Assembly (NCBI GenBank): GCA_963663165.1
Contig: OY760175.1
Location: 2,592,001-2,656,000, forward strand
Source of the DNA: an uncultured Desulfospira sp.
Lineage (GTDB): Bacteria > Desulfobacterota > Desulfobacteria > Desulfobacterales > Desulfobacteraceae
Length of the DNA: 64,000 nt
Reading direction: 5' to 3'
The position numbers and the translations under genes were made by a program. The notes below the pieces were generated by a model. The model searched no databases. It was given only the letters and a program-made list of their open reading frames with translations, and was not told the DNA's origin. Below, in pieces: positions 45,137-56,402 of the stretch (its first letter is position 1; every line of letters starts with the position of its first letter).

Positions 45137-45742
45137 TCATGCCTGTGACTCCTTGGTTTTAAGCAAGCTTTGGCCCAGCAAGGATAAAATGTCTTTTTTG
45201 AGGTGATCCATATCCGGGGCCGGTCCGGTGCGGTATGGCAGCGATTCCATGGTGCCCACAACGGTGCCGCAAACCATGGCCGCCAGGACATAGGGGTCAA
45301 GGTCAATAAAAAGCCCTTTGGCGATACCGTCCCTGCACACCCTGACCAGGGGGGTGACGGCCAGGGAGATCTTTTCTTCAAGGGCCACGGTGGCTGACCG
45401 CTGTCCCTGGATAATTTTAAAATAGAGGGGATACTCCCTGTGAAAATCAAATAAGCTGTCCACAAAACTTGAGATCATCTCCATGGGGGAGATGTCCGGG
45501 TTGTAAATTTTACGGGACCCTTCTTCCAAGGGGGAAATCAGCGTTTTGTGTACAAAGACAAGCAACTCCTGTTTGTTTTTAAAATAGTTGTACAGGGTGC
45601 CCTTGGCCATCTTGCTTCTTACTGCAATTTCATCCATGGTCAGCGTGATGTTGTCATGGATCATCCATAGTACAGTCTGGACCACCTGGTCTTTGATCAT
45701 GCTATCCATAATTTTGCGCCGGTTGATGATGGTCGGGCACAT
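45137..45742 (-). CDS. TetR/AcrR family transcriptional regulator
   Basis: LTMDEIAVRSKMAKGTLYNYFKNKQEL; SD aaggagg before ATG 45742. Confidence 0.9.
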   Translation of the reverse strand: MCPTIINRRKIMDSMIKDQVVQTVLWMIHDNITLTMDEIAVRSKMAKGTLYNYFKNKQELLVFVHKTLISPLEEGSRKIYNPDISPMEMISSFVDSLFDFHREYPLYFKIIQGQRSATVALEEKISLAVTPLVRVCRDGIAKGLFIDLDPYVLAAMVCGTVVGTMESLPYRTGPAPDMDHLKKDILSLLGQSLLKTKESQA

Positions 45743-45775
45743 GGTACCTCCTTCAGGTTGTATTTGAACTATTCT

Positions 45776-45907
45776 TTCAAAATACATGCCATTTATTCAA
45801 CAAGCTGAATTTAATCGCCAATGCGCCTATTGCACACCCAAAGTACAATATATCGTGTTTATATCTGCGAAATATCGTGTTTTGGACTGTAAAATACGGC
45901 ATATAGA
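45776..45907 (-). promoter_or_regulatory. sigma54 promoter (imperfect -12) and three enhancer-like boxes upstream of tetR
   Basis: Minus strand TGGCATG-TATT-TTGAA (45776-45791); boxes acaatatatcgt (45845), gcgaaatatcgt (45867), acggcatataga (45896). Confidence 0.6.
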
Positions 45908-45924
45908 ATTTTTGGAGATTCACC

Positions 45925-46139
45925 ATGGACGAAATGACCTTTTTCCTCCGGGCCGCCATGAAAATTTGCGGTAGCCTGGATGAGAACCGGATGATCCGTG
46001 AATGCCATTTGTTCCTGAAACAGTGCCCTTAAGCAGTATGATGCTGTTCACCTATGAAGGGGATAAAGGCGCAATCCGCATGTTATGTCTGTGGCCGGGC
46101 GGGGGCCCATCGCTGGAAAACGGGATAAAGAAGGATTAA
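45925..46139 (+). pseudogene. Frameshifted, truncated N-terminal remnant of a GAF-type sigma54 activator
   Basis: MDEMTFFLRAAMKICGSLDENRMIRECHLFLKQ / VPLSSMMLFTYEGDKGAIRML aligns with MIDDKSFFHQGTMMICGSLDENRMIRDCEKYLQLFMPVEGIMLSTYEQGSRSIRIF at 63421. Confidence 0.85.
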
Positions 46140-46211
46140 GGTAAAAGGACAGTCTGTATCCGAACTCACCAAAAACCCCACAAATTTGACGAGGCCACCT
46201 GGCATCTTTTT

Positions 46212-47435
46212 TTAAGCAGTGGGCAAAATAACGGCAAAACATGAGCCTTTGCCGGGCTGGGAAACGGCCTCAATCTGTCCGCCAAATCTCCGGGTGATAA
46301 TAGACGATGAGATGGACAGGCCAAGCCCTGAGCCGGCATTGCCCTTTGTGGAATAAAAAGGGGTAAAAATCCGGGACAGGGTGTCGGGGTCCATGCCGTC
46401 GGCATTGTCCTCCACCTCCATGCACAGATGCGTTTCTGAGGCTTTCAGGCGGACTGTAAGCCGGGGGGCGTCATTGCAGAACTGCCTTGCGTTCAACGCG
46501 TCCACGCCATTTTTCAACAGGTTGAACAGCACCTGCCGGATCAGGGACGGGGTGCCTGTGATTTCCGGCAGATCCGAATCATATTCCCGCAGAATTTTCA
46601 AGTTTTTCAAGGGATTTTCCTTGAGGCAGTCAATGTAATCCACCAGATTGATGGTGCTTTCAACCACGGCCTTCATGTCAATGGGATGGGATTTTTGTTC
46701 ACCCTCCCTGGAAAAATCCATGATATTGCAGATCACATGGTTGATGTGCCTGCCTGAGGTAAAAATGATATCCAGATGTTTTTGTATATCCCGGTTTCCG
46801 GCATGGCGACCGGGGGCTTTCAGGACTGCTCCGTTCTTTTTTGCCGTGATGCTGTTGCATGGGTTTTCCGGATTCAGTTTCATGTCCATGAGCTGGGCGG
46901 CCTGCAAAAGGCCGGACAAGGCACTCTGGATGTCATGGGCGATGCCGCCGGCAAGTCCGCCCACACACATCATCTTTTCCGACTGGATCAGCAGTGTTCT
47001 GATCTTTTCGCCTTCGGTGATGTCCTTGACCAGAAAGGCGAACCCTTCCATATTTCCCTTTGTATCTGCCATGGCATATCCGTGCCAGCGGCAGACGATC
47101 TCCCTGCCGCTGCCCGTGATGCAGTCGCATGAGAAATCAACGGTGTGTCTGCCTTTTTCAAGGGCCTCCACCTGGTCCATGAAAATGTTGCGGCATTCCG
47201 GGGCAAAGAGATGGTCGGCCGGGGCAAGGGTGACGGCGGTCTGTTTTGTATATTCAAAAATGCGTTCCGCCGCAGGGTTCCACTGGGTGACAGCAAGATT
47301 TTTATCCAGGAAAATGGTTCCTGAACTGTTCTGGTCAATAAGATCGGACAGGATTTTGCAACATTCACCCGGTGCGCCCTGCCTTTTGGGGCAGGGGGGG
47401 AGATGTTGCCCTGTGGGAAATTGCAGGATCGTCAT
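46212..47435 (-). CDS. Cytoplasmic PAS sensor histidine kinase
   Basis: WNPAAERIFEY PAS; QSEKM..GGIAHD, FNLLKNG, EDNADGM, FTPFYSTK, GSGLGLS. Confidence 0.88.
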   Translation of the reverse strand: MTILQFPTGQHLPPCPKRQGAPGECCKILSDLIDQNSSGTIFLDKNLAVTQWNPAAERIFEYTKQTAVTLAPADHLFAPECRNIFMDQVEALEKGRHTVDFSCDCITGSGREIVCRWHGYAMADTKGNMEGFAFLVKDITEGEKIRTLLIQSEKMMCVGGLAGGIAHDIQSALSGLLQAAQLMDMKLNPENPCNSITAKKNGAVLKAPGRHAGNRDIQKHLDIIFTSGRHINHVICNIMDFSREGEQKSHPIDMKAVVESTINLVDYIDCLKENPLKNLKILREYDSDLPEITGTPSLIRQVLFNLLKNGVDALNARQFCNDAPRLTVRLKASETHLCMEVEDNADGMDPDTLSRIFTPFYSTKGNAGSGLGLSISSSIITRRFGGQIEAVSQPGKGSCFAVILPTA

Positions 47436-47470
47436 CGGTTTTTTTTCTCCTTATTGCGCGTCATTGCGCG

Positions 47471-48907
47471 TCATTGCGCGTCGTCCCAGGCCCAGCCGCC
47501 GCCAAAGGCCTTGTAAAGGGCGATGAAATTGCGGGTCACTGTGCCTTTGGCATCGGCCAGGCTGTTTTCAAATAAACAAAGGGATCTTTGGGCATCCAGG
47601 ACATTGTCGAAATCCACAAGGCCGTTGCGGTATTTGTCCTGGGAGATGGCTACGGCATCCTTTGCCGCGGCCACCGCTGATCCAAGGGCCTTTTGCCGCT
47701 GCTGCTCCCGGGCATATGCCGTGAGCGCGTTGCGGATCTCTTCTATGGCCGACAGCACCGTGCCTTCATACCGGGCAAGCAGCTGTTCCTGTCTGACCTC
47801 CTGTATCCGGATGCTGGCACGGATGGAACCGGCATTGAATATGGGAAGGGTCAGGCCCGGCACAAGGCTCCAGGTCCGGTTGTCGGAGTCAAAAAAGGTG
47901 GCCGATGACAGCGAGGAGAGGCCAAAGGCCCCGGTGAGGGAGAAGCTTGGATAAAGATCAGCCGTGGCCTGTCCGATCCGGGCGGTCTGGGCGGCCAGAT
48001 CGTATTCGGCCTTTTGCACGTCCGGGCGCTGGCGCAGGGTGTTGCCGGGGATCTGTGTCACGATGTCAAAGGGCGGCATCGGCACCGGTTGCTTTGGGGA
48101 AAGACGCTGGTGCAGGCTTCCGGGGATCTGTCCTGTAAGAACCGCAATGCTGTTTATGCTGCTTTCAAGATCGGTGTAGATCTGGGGCAGCGCTGATTTT
48201 GTATCCTCAAGGTTATATCTGGCCTGGGACACGGACAGTTCATCACTTAAACCGGCGGCAAGCTTGGATTCCAGCATCTCCAGAGTGTCGGCCTGGGCAC
48301 GGATGTTCTTTTTTGTCACCCGGATCTGCTCCTGGCAGGTCCGCACTTTGACATAGGCCTTTGCAAGTTCGGCGGCAAGGGAAACCTTCACCGATGCAAG
48401 AGAGGCCTCCTGGCTTTTGACATCGGCTTCTGCCGCCTCCACGGCGCGTCTTGTCCCGCCCCAGATGTCAATTTCCCAGCTTGCGTCAAATCCTGCGCTG
48501 TAGGTGCCGGTCACAAGATCGCCCCCGGTTTGCCCGGCTGCTGTATTGGCAGAGGTGCGCTGCCTTGTGTAGTCGCCCCGGGCAGACAGTTCGGGCCACC
48601 CGTCGGCCCGGTCAATGACCAGCTGGCTGCGCGCCTCAAGCACCTTGGCCCGGGCTTCGCGCAGATCCAGATTCTGGGCAAAGGCCTCATCCATGAGTTG
48701 GGAGAGAACCGGATCATTCAGGCAGGTCCACCAGCCGGAAAGAGCGGCCCCGTCAATGGCGCCGGAACGGCCGCTGCCGTCTGTGCCGCTGTTCAGAAGA
48801 TCGGAACAGTCCGGATCAGGCAGGGCTTGTGCTTTAAAATCCGGGCCCACACTCATGCAGCCGCCCAGCACCAGCACACAACCCAGTAAAAAATAGATGG
48901 TCTTCAT
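47471..48907 (-). CDS. Outer membrane efflux lipoprotein (NodT/OprM/TolC family)
   Basis: Lipobox LGGC, GPDF, WW..LND, SWEIDIWG, RQRPDV, LYKAFGGGW. Confidence 0.92.
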   Translation of the reverse strand: MKTIYFLLGCVLVLGGCMSVGPDFKAQALPDPDCSDLLNSGTDGSGRSGAIDGAALSGWWTCLNDPVLSQLMDEAFAQNLDLREARAKVLEARSQLVIDRADGWPELSARGDYTRQRTSANTAAGQTGGDLVTGTYSAGFDASWEIDIWGGTRRAVEAAEADVKSQEASLASVKVSLAAELAKAYVKVRTCQEQIRVTKKNIRAQADTLEMLESKLAAGLSDELSVSQARYNLEDTKSALPQIYTDLESSINSIAVLTGQIPGSLHQRLSPKQPVPMPPFDIVTQIPGNTLRQRPDVQKAEYDLAAQTARIGQATADLYPSFSLTGAFGLSSLSSATFFDSDNRTWSLVPGLTLPIFNAGSIRASIRIQEVRQEQLLARYEGTVLSAIEEIRNALTAYAREQQRQKALGSAVAAAKDAVAISQDKYRNGLVDFDNVLDAQRSLCLFENSLADAKGTVTRNFIALYKAFGGGWAWDDAQ

Positions 48908-48947
48908 TTTGTATCTTCCTTCAATCATGGTTTTTCATGGATTGACG

Positions 48948-51900
48948 CTAATCGTCCTGTTTCTGATGGATCTGTTTTTGAGGGCTTTGTTTTGATCCGG
49001 CGGCCCATCCCTTGACACTCTCCCGCATGGCCTGGAACAGCACATACAGGGAAGGGATCAGGGCAATGCCCACCCCTGTGGCCGCCACCATGCCGGCGCA
49101 CACGGTAACGCCCAGCACCTGCCGGCTGGCAGCACCCGATCCCGAGGCAAACACCATGGGAAGGGTTCCCAGGATAAAGGTGAATGCCGTCATGAGAACG
49201 GCTCTGAACCGCTCCTTGAGCCCCTGCAAGGCCGCATCAATGATGCTGTGACCGTCTTCCCGCAGGACCTTGGAGAACTCAACAATGAGGATGGCGTTCT
49301 TGGCGGCAAGCCCCACTAAAAGGATCAGCCCGAGCTGGGCATAGATACTTAAGCTTACGCCCGTAAGTTTAAGCCCGATCAACGCCCCTGTCACCGCCAC
49401 CACAATGGAGAGCATCACCGGTACCGGAATGGTCCAGCTTTCATATTGTGCCACCAGAAACAGAAAGGCAAACACCAGGGCAAGGCCGATGAGTACCGCC
49501 CCCTGGTTCTGGGTCTGTTTTTCCTGGTAGCTCATGCCGGACCAGTCCACGGCCCATCCCTGGGGCAGTTTTTCCTTCACCAGTTTTTCCACGGCGGCAA
49601 TGGCGGTGCCCGAACTTGTCCCCGGCGCCATAATGCCTGTGATGGACGCACTTGAGAACATATTGAACCGTCTGAGCATCCTTGGATTACTCTCCGGCCG
49701 CAGGGTGGCAAGGGCAGAAATCGGTATAAGGTCGCCGGAGGCGCTTTTCACCCGAAGCTGCCCCACATCCGACGCCACCTTGCGAAAGGTCCAGTCCGCC
49801 TGGATGATGGCTTTGTTGGTCTGGGTGCCGATGTTGATGTCATTGATATATCTGGGGCTCAGGTAATTTTGAAGGGCACTGAACACTTCGCCTGCCTCCA
49901 CCCCCATGGACTGGGCCTTGGCACGATCCAGGTCCAGGTAGAGATGGGGGGAATTGGCGGAGAAAGTGCTGAAGGCCACCAGAAACTGGGGCAGCTGGTT
50001 CAGTTCTTTAAGAAAGATCTGTAACGCTGCCTGCAGCTCTTTTGGCGTATGGCCTTTTGTGTCCTGCAGATAAAAGGAGAGACCTGAAGTGATGCCAAGG
50101 CCCATAATGGCCGGGGGTGCAAACACGCTGATGTCAGCCTGGCTGTACCCTGCGGCAATTGCCTGGAATTGTTTCATGATGGCGTCAAGGGAAAGATCCG
50201 GTGTCTTCCGGCTGGACCAGTCATCCAGCATGATAATGACCATGCCTGAGTTTTCGCTGTTGCCACCGATCATGCTGAAGCCTGCGGCCGCCACCGCATT
50301 GTTGACACCGGGCACCTTGCGGAACTGTTGGGCAAGATCTTGGGAAAGTGCCCGGGTACGGCTGATGGCGGCCCCTTCGGGCATCTGAATATTGACAAAT
50401 ACAGCACCCTTGTCCTCATCCGGAATCAGGGATGACTGGCTGGTCAGGTAGACGATATAGGAAAGACCTGCCATCATTGCCACCAGAAGCACGGGTACGG
50501 CAAGCCTTTTTGCCAGCCACAGTGCCATACTCCCGTAAGCGTTGCGACTTTTGTCCAGGGCCGTGTTAAACCATGCAAGCGGCCCGCGATGGTGGGGGTG
50601 GTGTTCCCGCAAAAGGATGGCGCAAAGGGCCGGGCTCAAGGTCAGGGCCACCACCGTGGAAAAAAGCACAGAGGTGCTGATGGTCACGGCAAACTGCCGG
50701 TAAATCTGCCCGGAGAGTCCGGAAACAAACCCGATGGGCACAAAGATGGCCAGAAGTACAAGGGTTGTGGCCACCACCGCCATGCTGACGTCCTGCATGG
50801 CCTGGATGGCGGCTGCTTTCGGCCCCATTTTTCTTGATTCCATGAGGTAATAGACACGTTCCACCACCACAATGGCATCATCCACCACAACGCCGATGGC
50901 AAGGATCAGGGCGAAAAGGCTCAGGGTATTCAGGCTGTATCCCAGTATCAGAAGAACCGAGAACGTGGACATCAGGGACACCGGAATGGCAAGGCTGGGA
51001 ACCAGCGTGGCCCGCCAGTCCTGCAGAAAGATGTAACAGACCAGAACCACCAGGGCAAAGGTGAGAAGCAACGTGGAGACGATTTCATTCACTGATGCGT
51101 TGACGGATGCAGTGGCATCGTAGGAGTTAAGATAGTCCAGGTCTTGGGGAAAGCTTTCTTTCAGGTGTTCGAGCTGGGCTTCAACCCCTTTCATGGTTTC
51201 AAGGGAGTTGGACCCCGGCGTCTGGGTCACGATGATCACTGCAGCCGGATGGCCGTTCAAAACAGCGGCCTGGCTGTAACTCTCTCTTCCAAGTTCAATT
51301 CTGGCCACATCTTCCAGGCGGACGATCTGACCGTTTTCCCCCTTGGCCACCACGATTTTTGAAAAATCATCCGCACTGTTCAACCGGCCCATGGTCTGCA
51401 GCGTGTATACCATCTGGATGGTGTCATTGGTGGGAGAGCTGCCCACAGAACCTATGGAGGCTTGAATGTTCTGGCTTTCAATGGCACCGACAATATCCTG
51501 GGAGTCCAGGCCCAGGGAGAGCATTTTCGGGGCGTCCAGCCAGACCCGCATGCTGTATTCGCTTCCGATCACTGAGACGCCGCCAACGCCCGGGACCCGT
51601 TTGAGCGCATCCTTGATGTGGCTGTGTACATAGTTGCTGATATAGGGAAGATCATAGGTCTGGTTCGGGGAGATGAACCCGAACATGCCAAGGGTTCCGG
51701 ACATCCGGGACTCAATGGTTACGCCCTGATTCACCACGTCCGAGGGCAACTGGGACTCCGCCTGCTGAACCCGGTTCTGCACCTTGACAAGGGCTATGTC
51801 CTCATCTGTTCCCACGGCAAAGGTAACCGTAAGTTCGTAACTGCCCTGGTTGCTGGAGGTGGACTCCATGTAAATCATGTCCTCCACCCCGTTGATCTTT

Positions 51901-52103
51901 TGTTCCAGGGGGATGCCCACGGTGTTGGCAAGCACTTCGGCACTGGCCCCGGGATAGGTGGCACTCACCGTAACCGACGGCGGCGACACTGAAGGGTACT
52001 CCTCAATGGGAAGGGAAAATAAAGAGATCGTGCCTGCCATGGTCAGTACAATGGAGATCACCATGGCAAATCTGGGCCGTTCAATAAAAATACGGGAAAT
52101 CAT
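48948..52103 (-). CDS. RND (HAE1, AcrB/MexB-like) efflux permease
   Basis: [50 protein letters not shown]. Confidence 0.95.
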   Translation of the reverse strand: MISRIFIERPRFAMVISIVLTMAGTISLFSLPIEEYPSVSPPSVTVSATYPGASAEVLANTVGIPLEQKINGVEDMIYMESTSSNQGSYELTVTFAVGTDEDIALVKVQNRVQQAESQLPSDVVNQGVTIESRMSGTLGMFGFISPNQTYDLPYISNYVHSHIKDALKRVPGVGGVSVIGSEYSMRVWLDAPKMLSLGLDSQDIVGAIESQNIQASIGSVGSSPTNDTIQMVYTLQTMGRLNSADDFSKIVVAKGENGQIVRLEDVARIELGRESYSQAAVLNGHPAAVIIVTQTPGSNSLETMKGVEAQLEHLKESFPQDLDYLNSYDATASVNASVNEIVSTLLLTFALVVLVCYIFLQDWRATLVPSLAIPVSLMSTFSVLLILGYSLNTLSLFALILAIGVVVDDAIVVVERVYYLMESRKMGPKAAAIQAMQDVSMAVVATTLVLLAIFVPIGFVSGLSGQIYRQFAVTISTSVLFSTVVALTLSPALCAILLREHHPHHRGPLAWFNTALDKSRNAYGSMALWLAKRLAVPVLLVAMMAGLSYIVYLTSQSSLIPDEDKGAVFVNIQMPEGAAISRTRALSQDLAQQFRKVPGVNNAVAAAGFSMIGGNSENSGMVIIMLDDWSSRKTPDLSLDAIMKQFQAIAAGYSQADISVFAPPAIMGLGITSGLSFYLQDTKGHTPKELQAALQIFLKELNQLPQFLVAFSTFSANSPHLYLDLDRAKAQSMGVEAGEVFSALQNYLSPRYINDINIGTQTNKAIIQADWTFRKVASDVGQLRVKSASGDLIPISALATLRPESNPRMLRRFNMFSSASITGIMAPGTSSGTAIAAVEKLVKEKLPQGWAVDWSGMSYQEKQTQNQGAVLIGLALVFAFLFLVAQYESWTIPVPVMLSIVVAVTGALIGLKLTGVSLSIYAQLGLILLVGLAAKNAILIVEFSKVLREDGHSIIDAALQGLKERFRAVLMTAFTFILGTLPMVFASGSGAASRQVLGVTVCAGMVAATGVGIALIPSLYVLFQAMRESVKGWAAGSKQSPQKQIHQKQDD

Positions 52104-52116
52104 AATTTCATGATCC

Positions 52117-53388
52117 TTAAGACTTGGGCGTAAAAGATCCGGATGGGGACGCATCCGAGGTTACCGGTACGGGCGCCGCTGTGTCAGACCGGGCTGCAAC
52201 AGCGGCCTTCTGTCCGGGTTTAACCTTTAGAAGCCCCTGGACAATCACCTGTTCGGATGCGGCAAGCCCCGAAAGAACAATGCGCCTGTCTTGGGCAAGA
52301 TCGCCTAAGGTCACGGGTCGTTTTTCCACTATGCTCTCTTTGTTGAGTACATAGACGTACTCGCCTTTTTCATCGGTCATCACCGCTTTCTGGGACACTG
52401 TCAGTGCTGAATCAGCGCCCTGGCAGCCCATCTGTACGGTGACATAGGTTTCCGGAATCAGCATCCCGCCTGTGTTGTCAAAGCGGAAGAATGCGTCAAT
52501 GGTGCCGGTGGCGGCATCCATTTTATTGCCGAAGAAATCAAGGGTGCCGGTTTCGCTGTACGCTTTGCCGTTGGGCAGTTTGAGCTGAATTTTGCTGTCT
52601 GCAAGGGGGCTGTTTGCCTTTATTTCCATGAAATCCCGATCGCTCAGGGCAAACCTGACCCGCACAGGGGCCGTCTGGACAATGCTTGCCAGAACGCCTG
52701 CCCCGGGGCTGACATAGTCGCCGCAGGTCAGTTCGGCCTGGCCGATTTTGCCGTCAATGGGGGAAAGGATTTTTGTGTAGCCAAGATCAATGCGCGCCAC
52801 CTCCAGATCTGCTTTGGCCTGGCCCAGCTGGGCATTGGCCTTTTCCAGGGCCGCTTGGGCCACAAGAAGGTCGCTTTGGGCCTTATCCAGATCGGTTTTG
52901 GCCACACTGCGGACTTCAGCGGTTTTAAGTCGCTCCATATAGGTCCGGGCATAAGCCAGATCCGCCTCTGCACTTTCAAGCTGGGCCTTGGCCTGCATCA
53001 CCGAGGCCTCTTCCACCCGGACCTGGGCCTCATACTTTTGGGGGTCAATGGTGAAAAGAAGATCCCCTTTTTTAACAAGGCTGCCCTCCCTGAAGTGAAC
53101 GGTCCGGATGGTACCCGAAATCTGGGCATAAATATCAACATCCTGGATCGCTTTCACATGGCCCACATACTCCGTGACCGGGGTCTGTGACACCTCACCG
53201 ACACGGTCCACGGTCACCTGGGGGGCACCGGCTCCGGGCGCACCGGCTCCGCCCATGCCAGGAGGGCCGCCCATGCCGGGGGGGCCTCCCATGGAAGGAT
53301 TGGAGGGTATCATCCCCCGCATGTACCATCCGGCGGCCACAAAGGCCGAAAGAAACACAAAATATCCGATGTTTTTTAAAATTCGCAT
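52117..53388 (-). CDS. RND periplasmic adaptor (MFP)
   Basis: [36 protein letters not shown]-terminal MGGPPG repeats. Confidence 0.92.
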   Translation of the reverse strand: MRILKNIGYFVFLSAFVAAGWYMRGMIPSNPSMGGPPGMGGPPGMGGAGAPGAGAPQVTVDRVGEVSQTPVTEYVGHVKAIQDVDIYAQISGTIRTVHFREGSLVKKGDLLFTIDPQKYEAQVRVEEASVMQAKAQLESAEADLAYARTYMERLKTAEVRSVAKTDLDKAQSDLLVAQAALEKANAQLGQAKADLEVARIDLGYTKILSPIDGKIGQAELTCGDYVSPGAGVLASIVQTAPVRVRFALSDRDFMEIKANSPLADSKIQLKLPNGKAYSETGTLDFFGNKMDAATGTIDAFFRFDNTGGMLIPETYVTVQMGCQGADSALTVSQKAVMTDEKGEYVYVLNKESIVEKRPVTLGDLAQDRRIVLSGLAASEQVIVQGLLKVKPGQKAAVAARSDTAAPVPVTSDASPSGSFTPKS

Positions 53389-53487
53389 GGTTGTCCTGTT
53401 TTTTTTATGGTTTTAAGAGACTGGATCAGGGTGATCCGTATTTAAACGTTCTGGTTTCCTGTCTGGGCATGATTGTGGGGCCGGGAC

Positions 53488-54174
53488 TCATATCCTGATA
53501 TTCAACAAGCTTTCCTGGCCGTCGCCGGAAGCGGCTTTAAGAACGGCCAATTTTGCCTGCTCAAGGCCGCCCAGGGAAAAACGGATCACATGTTCTGCAA
53601 TCCTGTCCAGCCCGGCAGTAAGAGGCTCAGGCAGCGGAAAAAGCTGGTCATCTCTAAGGCCGAAGATTGCAGGATTCATGCACTGGGCGTGAATACTCAT
53701 GGTACACAGCTGGACATCATTTTCATCGGCATCCGGCCCAAGATATTCCCGGACAATATTTTCCAGAGGCTTGAATATTTTGTCGAGATTTTCCCTGATG
53801 ACATCCGCAAGCAATCCTGTGGGGTGTGTCATTTCTGCATGGGTCATTTCAAAATCAAAACAGTCAGGATCTGTGATCCGCCGGAGCATTGAAACGGCCC
53901 AGCCCCGCAGACGGGTAGGAATATCTGCCTCCCCGGCCACTCCGCCGTCAGGCGGATAGGCTTCAATGGCGTGCTGGAATGCACTCTTCCAGGTCTCAAT
54001 ATACAGATGTTCTTTATCGCCGAAATGGTAGTTGACCGCAGCGATATTTGCGCCGGCCGTTTCGCAGATCTCGGCCACGGTTGTGGCGTGATACCCCTTT
54101 TTACTGATAATTCTGGCTGCGGCATCCAGGATTTTTTTCTGGGTTTCAATGCTCTTATTTCTCTGGGCCATCAT
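53488..54174 (-). CDS. TetR family regulator with DUF1956/CerR-like C-terminus
   Basis: ATTVAEICETAGANIAAVNYHFGDKEHLY..HVIRFSLGGL. Confidence 0.88.
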   Translation of the reverse strand: MMAQRNKSIETQKKILDAAARIISKKGYHATTVAEICETAGANIAAVNYHFGDKEHLYIETWKSAFQHAIEAYPPDGGVAGEADIPTRLRGWAVSMLRRITDPDCFDFEMTHAEMTHPTGLLADVIRENLDKIFKPLENIVREYLGPDADENDVQLCTMSIHAQCMNPAIFGLRDDQLFPLPEPLTAGLDRIAEHVIRFSLGGLEQAKLAVLKAASGDGQESLLNIRI

Positions 54175-54195
54175 TCTCCCCTTACTTTTAGTTTT

Positions 54196-54253
54196 AATTG
54201 ACTTTTTAAAATAGTTATTTGAAAAAGTCAATTGAAAAAGTCAATTGAAAAGA
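54196..54253. promoter_or_regulatory. 38-bp palindrome plus 13-bp tandem duplication upstream of the CerR-like gene (probable operator)
   Basis: aattgactttttaaaatagttatttgaaaaagtcaatt; ttgaaaaagtcaa x2 (54219-54244). Confidence 0.55.
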
Positions 54254-54263
54254 AGTTGGCTTT

Positions 54264-54902
54264 TCAAGGCACCGTCGGAACATTTTTCAAATAATCCAGA
54301 ATAAAACCAATCGTTTTGTCTACACCAACTTTCCCTGTGTTTATTGAAAGGTCGTAATTTCTTGCATCTGCCCACTCTTTTCCGGTAAATGTTTTGTTGT
54401 ATGATGCTCTTTCCCTGTCGCTTTTTTCAATCATTTTCAGGGCAGTTTCTTCCGGCATGTTATACAGTTCGCTCACTCTTTGAATGCGGAATTCACGGTC
54501 GCTAATCAGAAATATTTTCATACAATTAGGGTGGTTGCGAAGGATATGGAATCCACACCGCCCAATAATAACGGCAGGGCCTTTATCGGCAATCTGCTTA
54601 ATAATTGATTTTTCGGCTTCAAATATATTGCCGGTGGTTGGAGATACTGTCATACTGGGCGGAATATAAACCCCGGGGGCCAAAAAGCTGCTTTTTGACA
54701 CGCAGTCCCAGAATGAAGGTAATTTTTCGTCTTGTAAAGCCATCTCCTCTGCTGAAATAGAAAATTGCAAAGCCGTTTTTTTTAAAATTTCACGGTCGGC
54801 ATAATAAAAGTTCAACCTTTGGGCAAGTTGCTGTCCGGTATATGCCCCTCCACTGCCCAACTGACGGCTGATCGTGATAACTAAAGGTGCCATTTGTTTC
54901 AT
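54264..54902 (-). CDS. Cytidylate-kinase-like family protein
   Basis: ITISRQLGSGG, DREIL, VIIGRCG, SDRERASY, YDLSINT. Confidence 0.88.
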   Translation of the reverse strand: MKQMAPLVITISRQLGSGGAYTGQQLAQRLNFYYADREILKKTALQFSISAEEMALQDEKLPSFWDCVSKSSFLAPGVYIPPSMTVSPTTGNIFEAEKSIIKQIADKGPAVIIGRCGFHILRNHPNCMKIFLISDREFRIQRVSELYNMPEETALKMIEKSDRERASYNKTFTGKEWADARNYDLSINTGKVGVDKTIGFILDYLKNVPTVP

Positions 54903-54933
54903 TTTTGCCCCTTTCTTGTTCTTAGTTGTTTTT

Positions 54934-56400
54934 TTAAACAAATCTGTTTCGCCGTTTAATAAAAAATGACAAAATCAAGCCTATGGCAGCCATAACAAGG
55001 GCTGCTGTAAATGCCGCATTTGCACCCTGGATAGTCAGCAGGCGTTGCTGCAAAATATTGGGGACGGCGCTTTTCTCAAAATGACCGGTATGCGCCCCCA
55101 TTAATCCGATAAAAAGAGAAGACCCAAACGCTGCGGCCACCTGTTGTACCGTATTTAATATGGCCACCCCGTGAACCATTTCGTTTCCGGGAAGCTGGTT
55201 GAGAGAATTGGTTTGTGCCGGGGTAATAATCAACGATACGCCCAGTGTCATTAAAACCTGCAAAGAGATAAGTGTTGCCAATACGGTTTCTTTGGAAATG
55301 CACGATAAAAAGAACATTGCAGCGGTTAAAATTGCAAAGCCGACCAGTACAAGCGATTTTGCCCCTATCCTGTCATAAGCCCGTCCGGATGCCGGTATGG
55401 CGATGAGGTTTAACGCCCCCCCCGGCAAAAGTGCCAGCCCGGCAGTAAACGGAGTTACTCCCAGCACATTTTGCATATAAGTTGGCAAAATAATGTTTAC
55501 GGCAAAAGGCATCATAAACGATATAAACAAAGCGGCTGTACCTAATGCAAACATAGGGTGTCGAAATACCCGCAGTTCCAGCATAGGATTTTCCAATGCC
55601 AACTGCCGCTTTGAAAAAACAAACAGTCCGGCAACCCCGCACAGTAATGAAACAATCACCGAAGTATTTCTCAGTCCCAATGTCTCAACAGATGCAAGCC
55701 CGAATATCAGTCCGCCAAAACCGATGGTGGAGAACAGGATGGAGAGCTCGTCAATTCTGGGTTTTGTCAATGTCGAAAAATTTTTCAGAAAAACAGATCC
55801 TGTTACAATTGCAAGAACGGCAAAAGGCAGCATTGAGAAAAACAACCATCGCCATTCCATGTGTTGCAGGATAAGTCCCGACAAGGTAGGCCCTATGCCC
55901 GGCGCGGCAATTACCACCATCATGCAAATCCCCATAGCTGCGCCTCGTTTGGCCGGAGGAAAAATGACCATCATGGTATCCATCATAATGGGTAGCAGCA
56001 TTCCGGTTCCTGCACCCTGCAAAACTCTTGAAACCAGTACAAACGCAAAATTGGGGGCAATGCCGCATAATATTGTTCCAGTAAAAAACAAGAGCATTGC
56101 AAACAAGTAAAGCTTTTTGGTAGGAAAGGTTTTTATCAAAAATGCAGTAACGGGCACCAAAATGCCGATGATCAGCAGGTAGGCAGTACCAAGCCATTGA
56201 ACAGTGCCAAGCGATACGTTTAAGCTTTCCATCAGTTGGGGAAAAGCCACGTTTAGAATTGTTTCGTTCAGCAATGCAATAAAGCCGCCAATAAGCAATG
56301 GAGTCATTATTAGAACCTGCTGTTTCAGACTTAACTCCTCTTGTTTTTTATGTGGATGAGGTGTGCGTTCCGGTACCATTTCATCAAAAGTGTCATTCAT
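54934..56400 (-). CDS. MFS DHA2 (EmrB/LmrB-like) efflux transporter
   Basis: LNETILNVA, QWL.TAYLL, RGAAMG, APGIGP, WRWLF; about 14 TM. Confidence 0.92.
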   Translation of the reverse strand: MNDTFDEMVPERTPHPHKKQEELSLKQQVLIMTPLLIGGFIALLNETILNVAFPQLMESLNVSLGTVQWLGTAYLLIIGILVPVTAFLIKTFPTKKLYLFAMLLFFTGTILCGIAPNFAFVLVSRVLQGAGTGMLLPIMMDTMMVIFPPAKRGAAMGICMMVVIAAPGIGPTLSGLILQHMEWRWLFFSMLPFAVLAIVTGSVFLKNFSTLTKPRIDELSILFSTIGFGGLIFGLASVETLGLRNTSVIVSLLCGVAGLFVFSKRQLALENPMLELRVFRHPMFALGTAALFISFMMPFAVNIILPTYMQNVLGVTPFTAGLALLPGGALNLIAIPASGRAYDRIGAKSLVLVGFAILTAAMFFLSCISKETVLATLISLQVLMTLGVSLIITPAQTNSLNQLPGNEMVHGVAILNTVQQVAAAFGSSLFIGLMGAHTGHFEKSAVPNILQQRLLTIQGANAAFTAALVMAAIGLILSFFIKRRNRFV

Positions 56401-56402
56401 TT

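Noticed and set aside
46648..47526. 292-aa plus-strand ORF
   Set aside because: Antisense shadow of the PAS kinase
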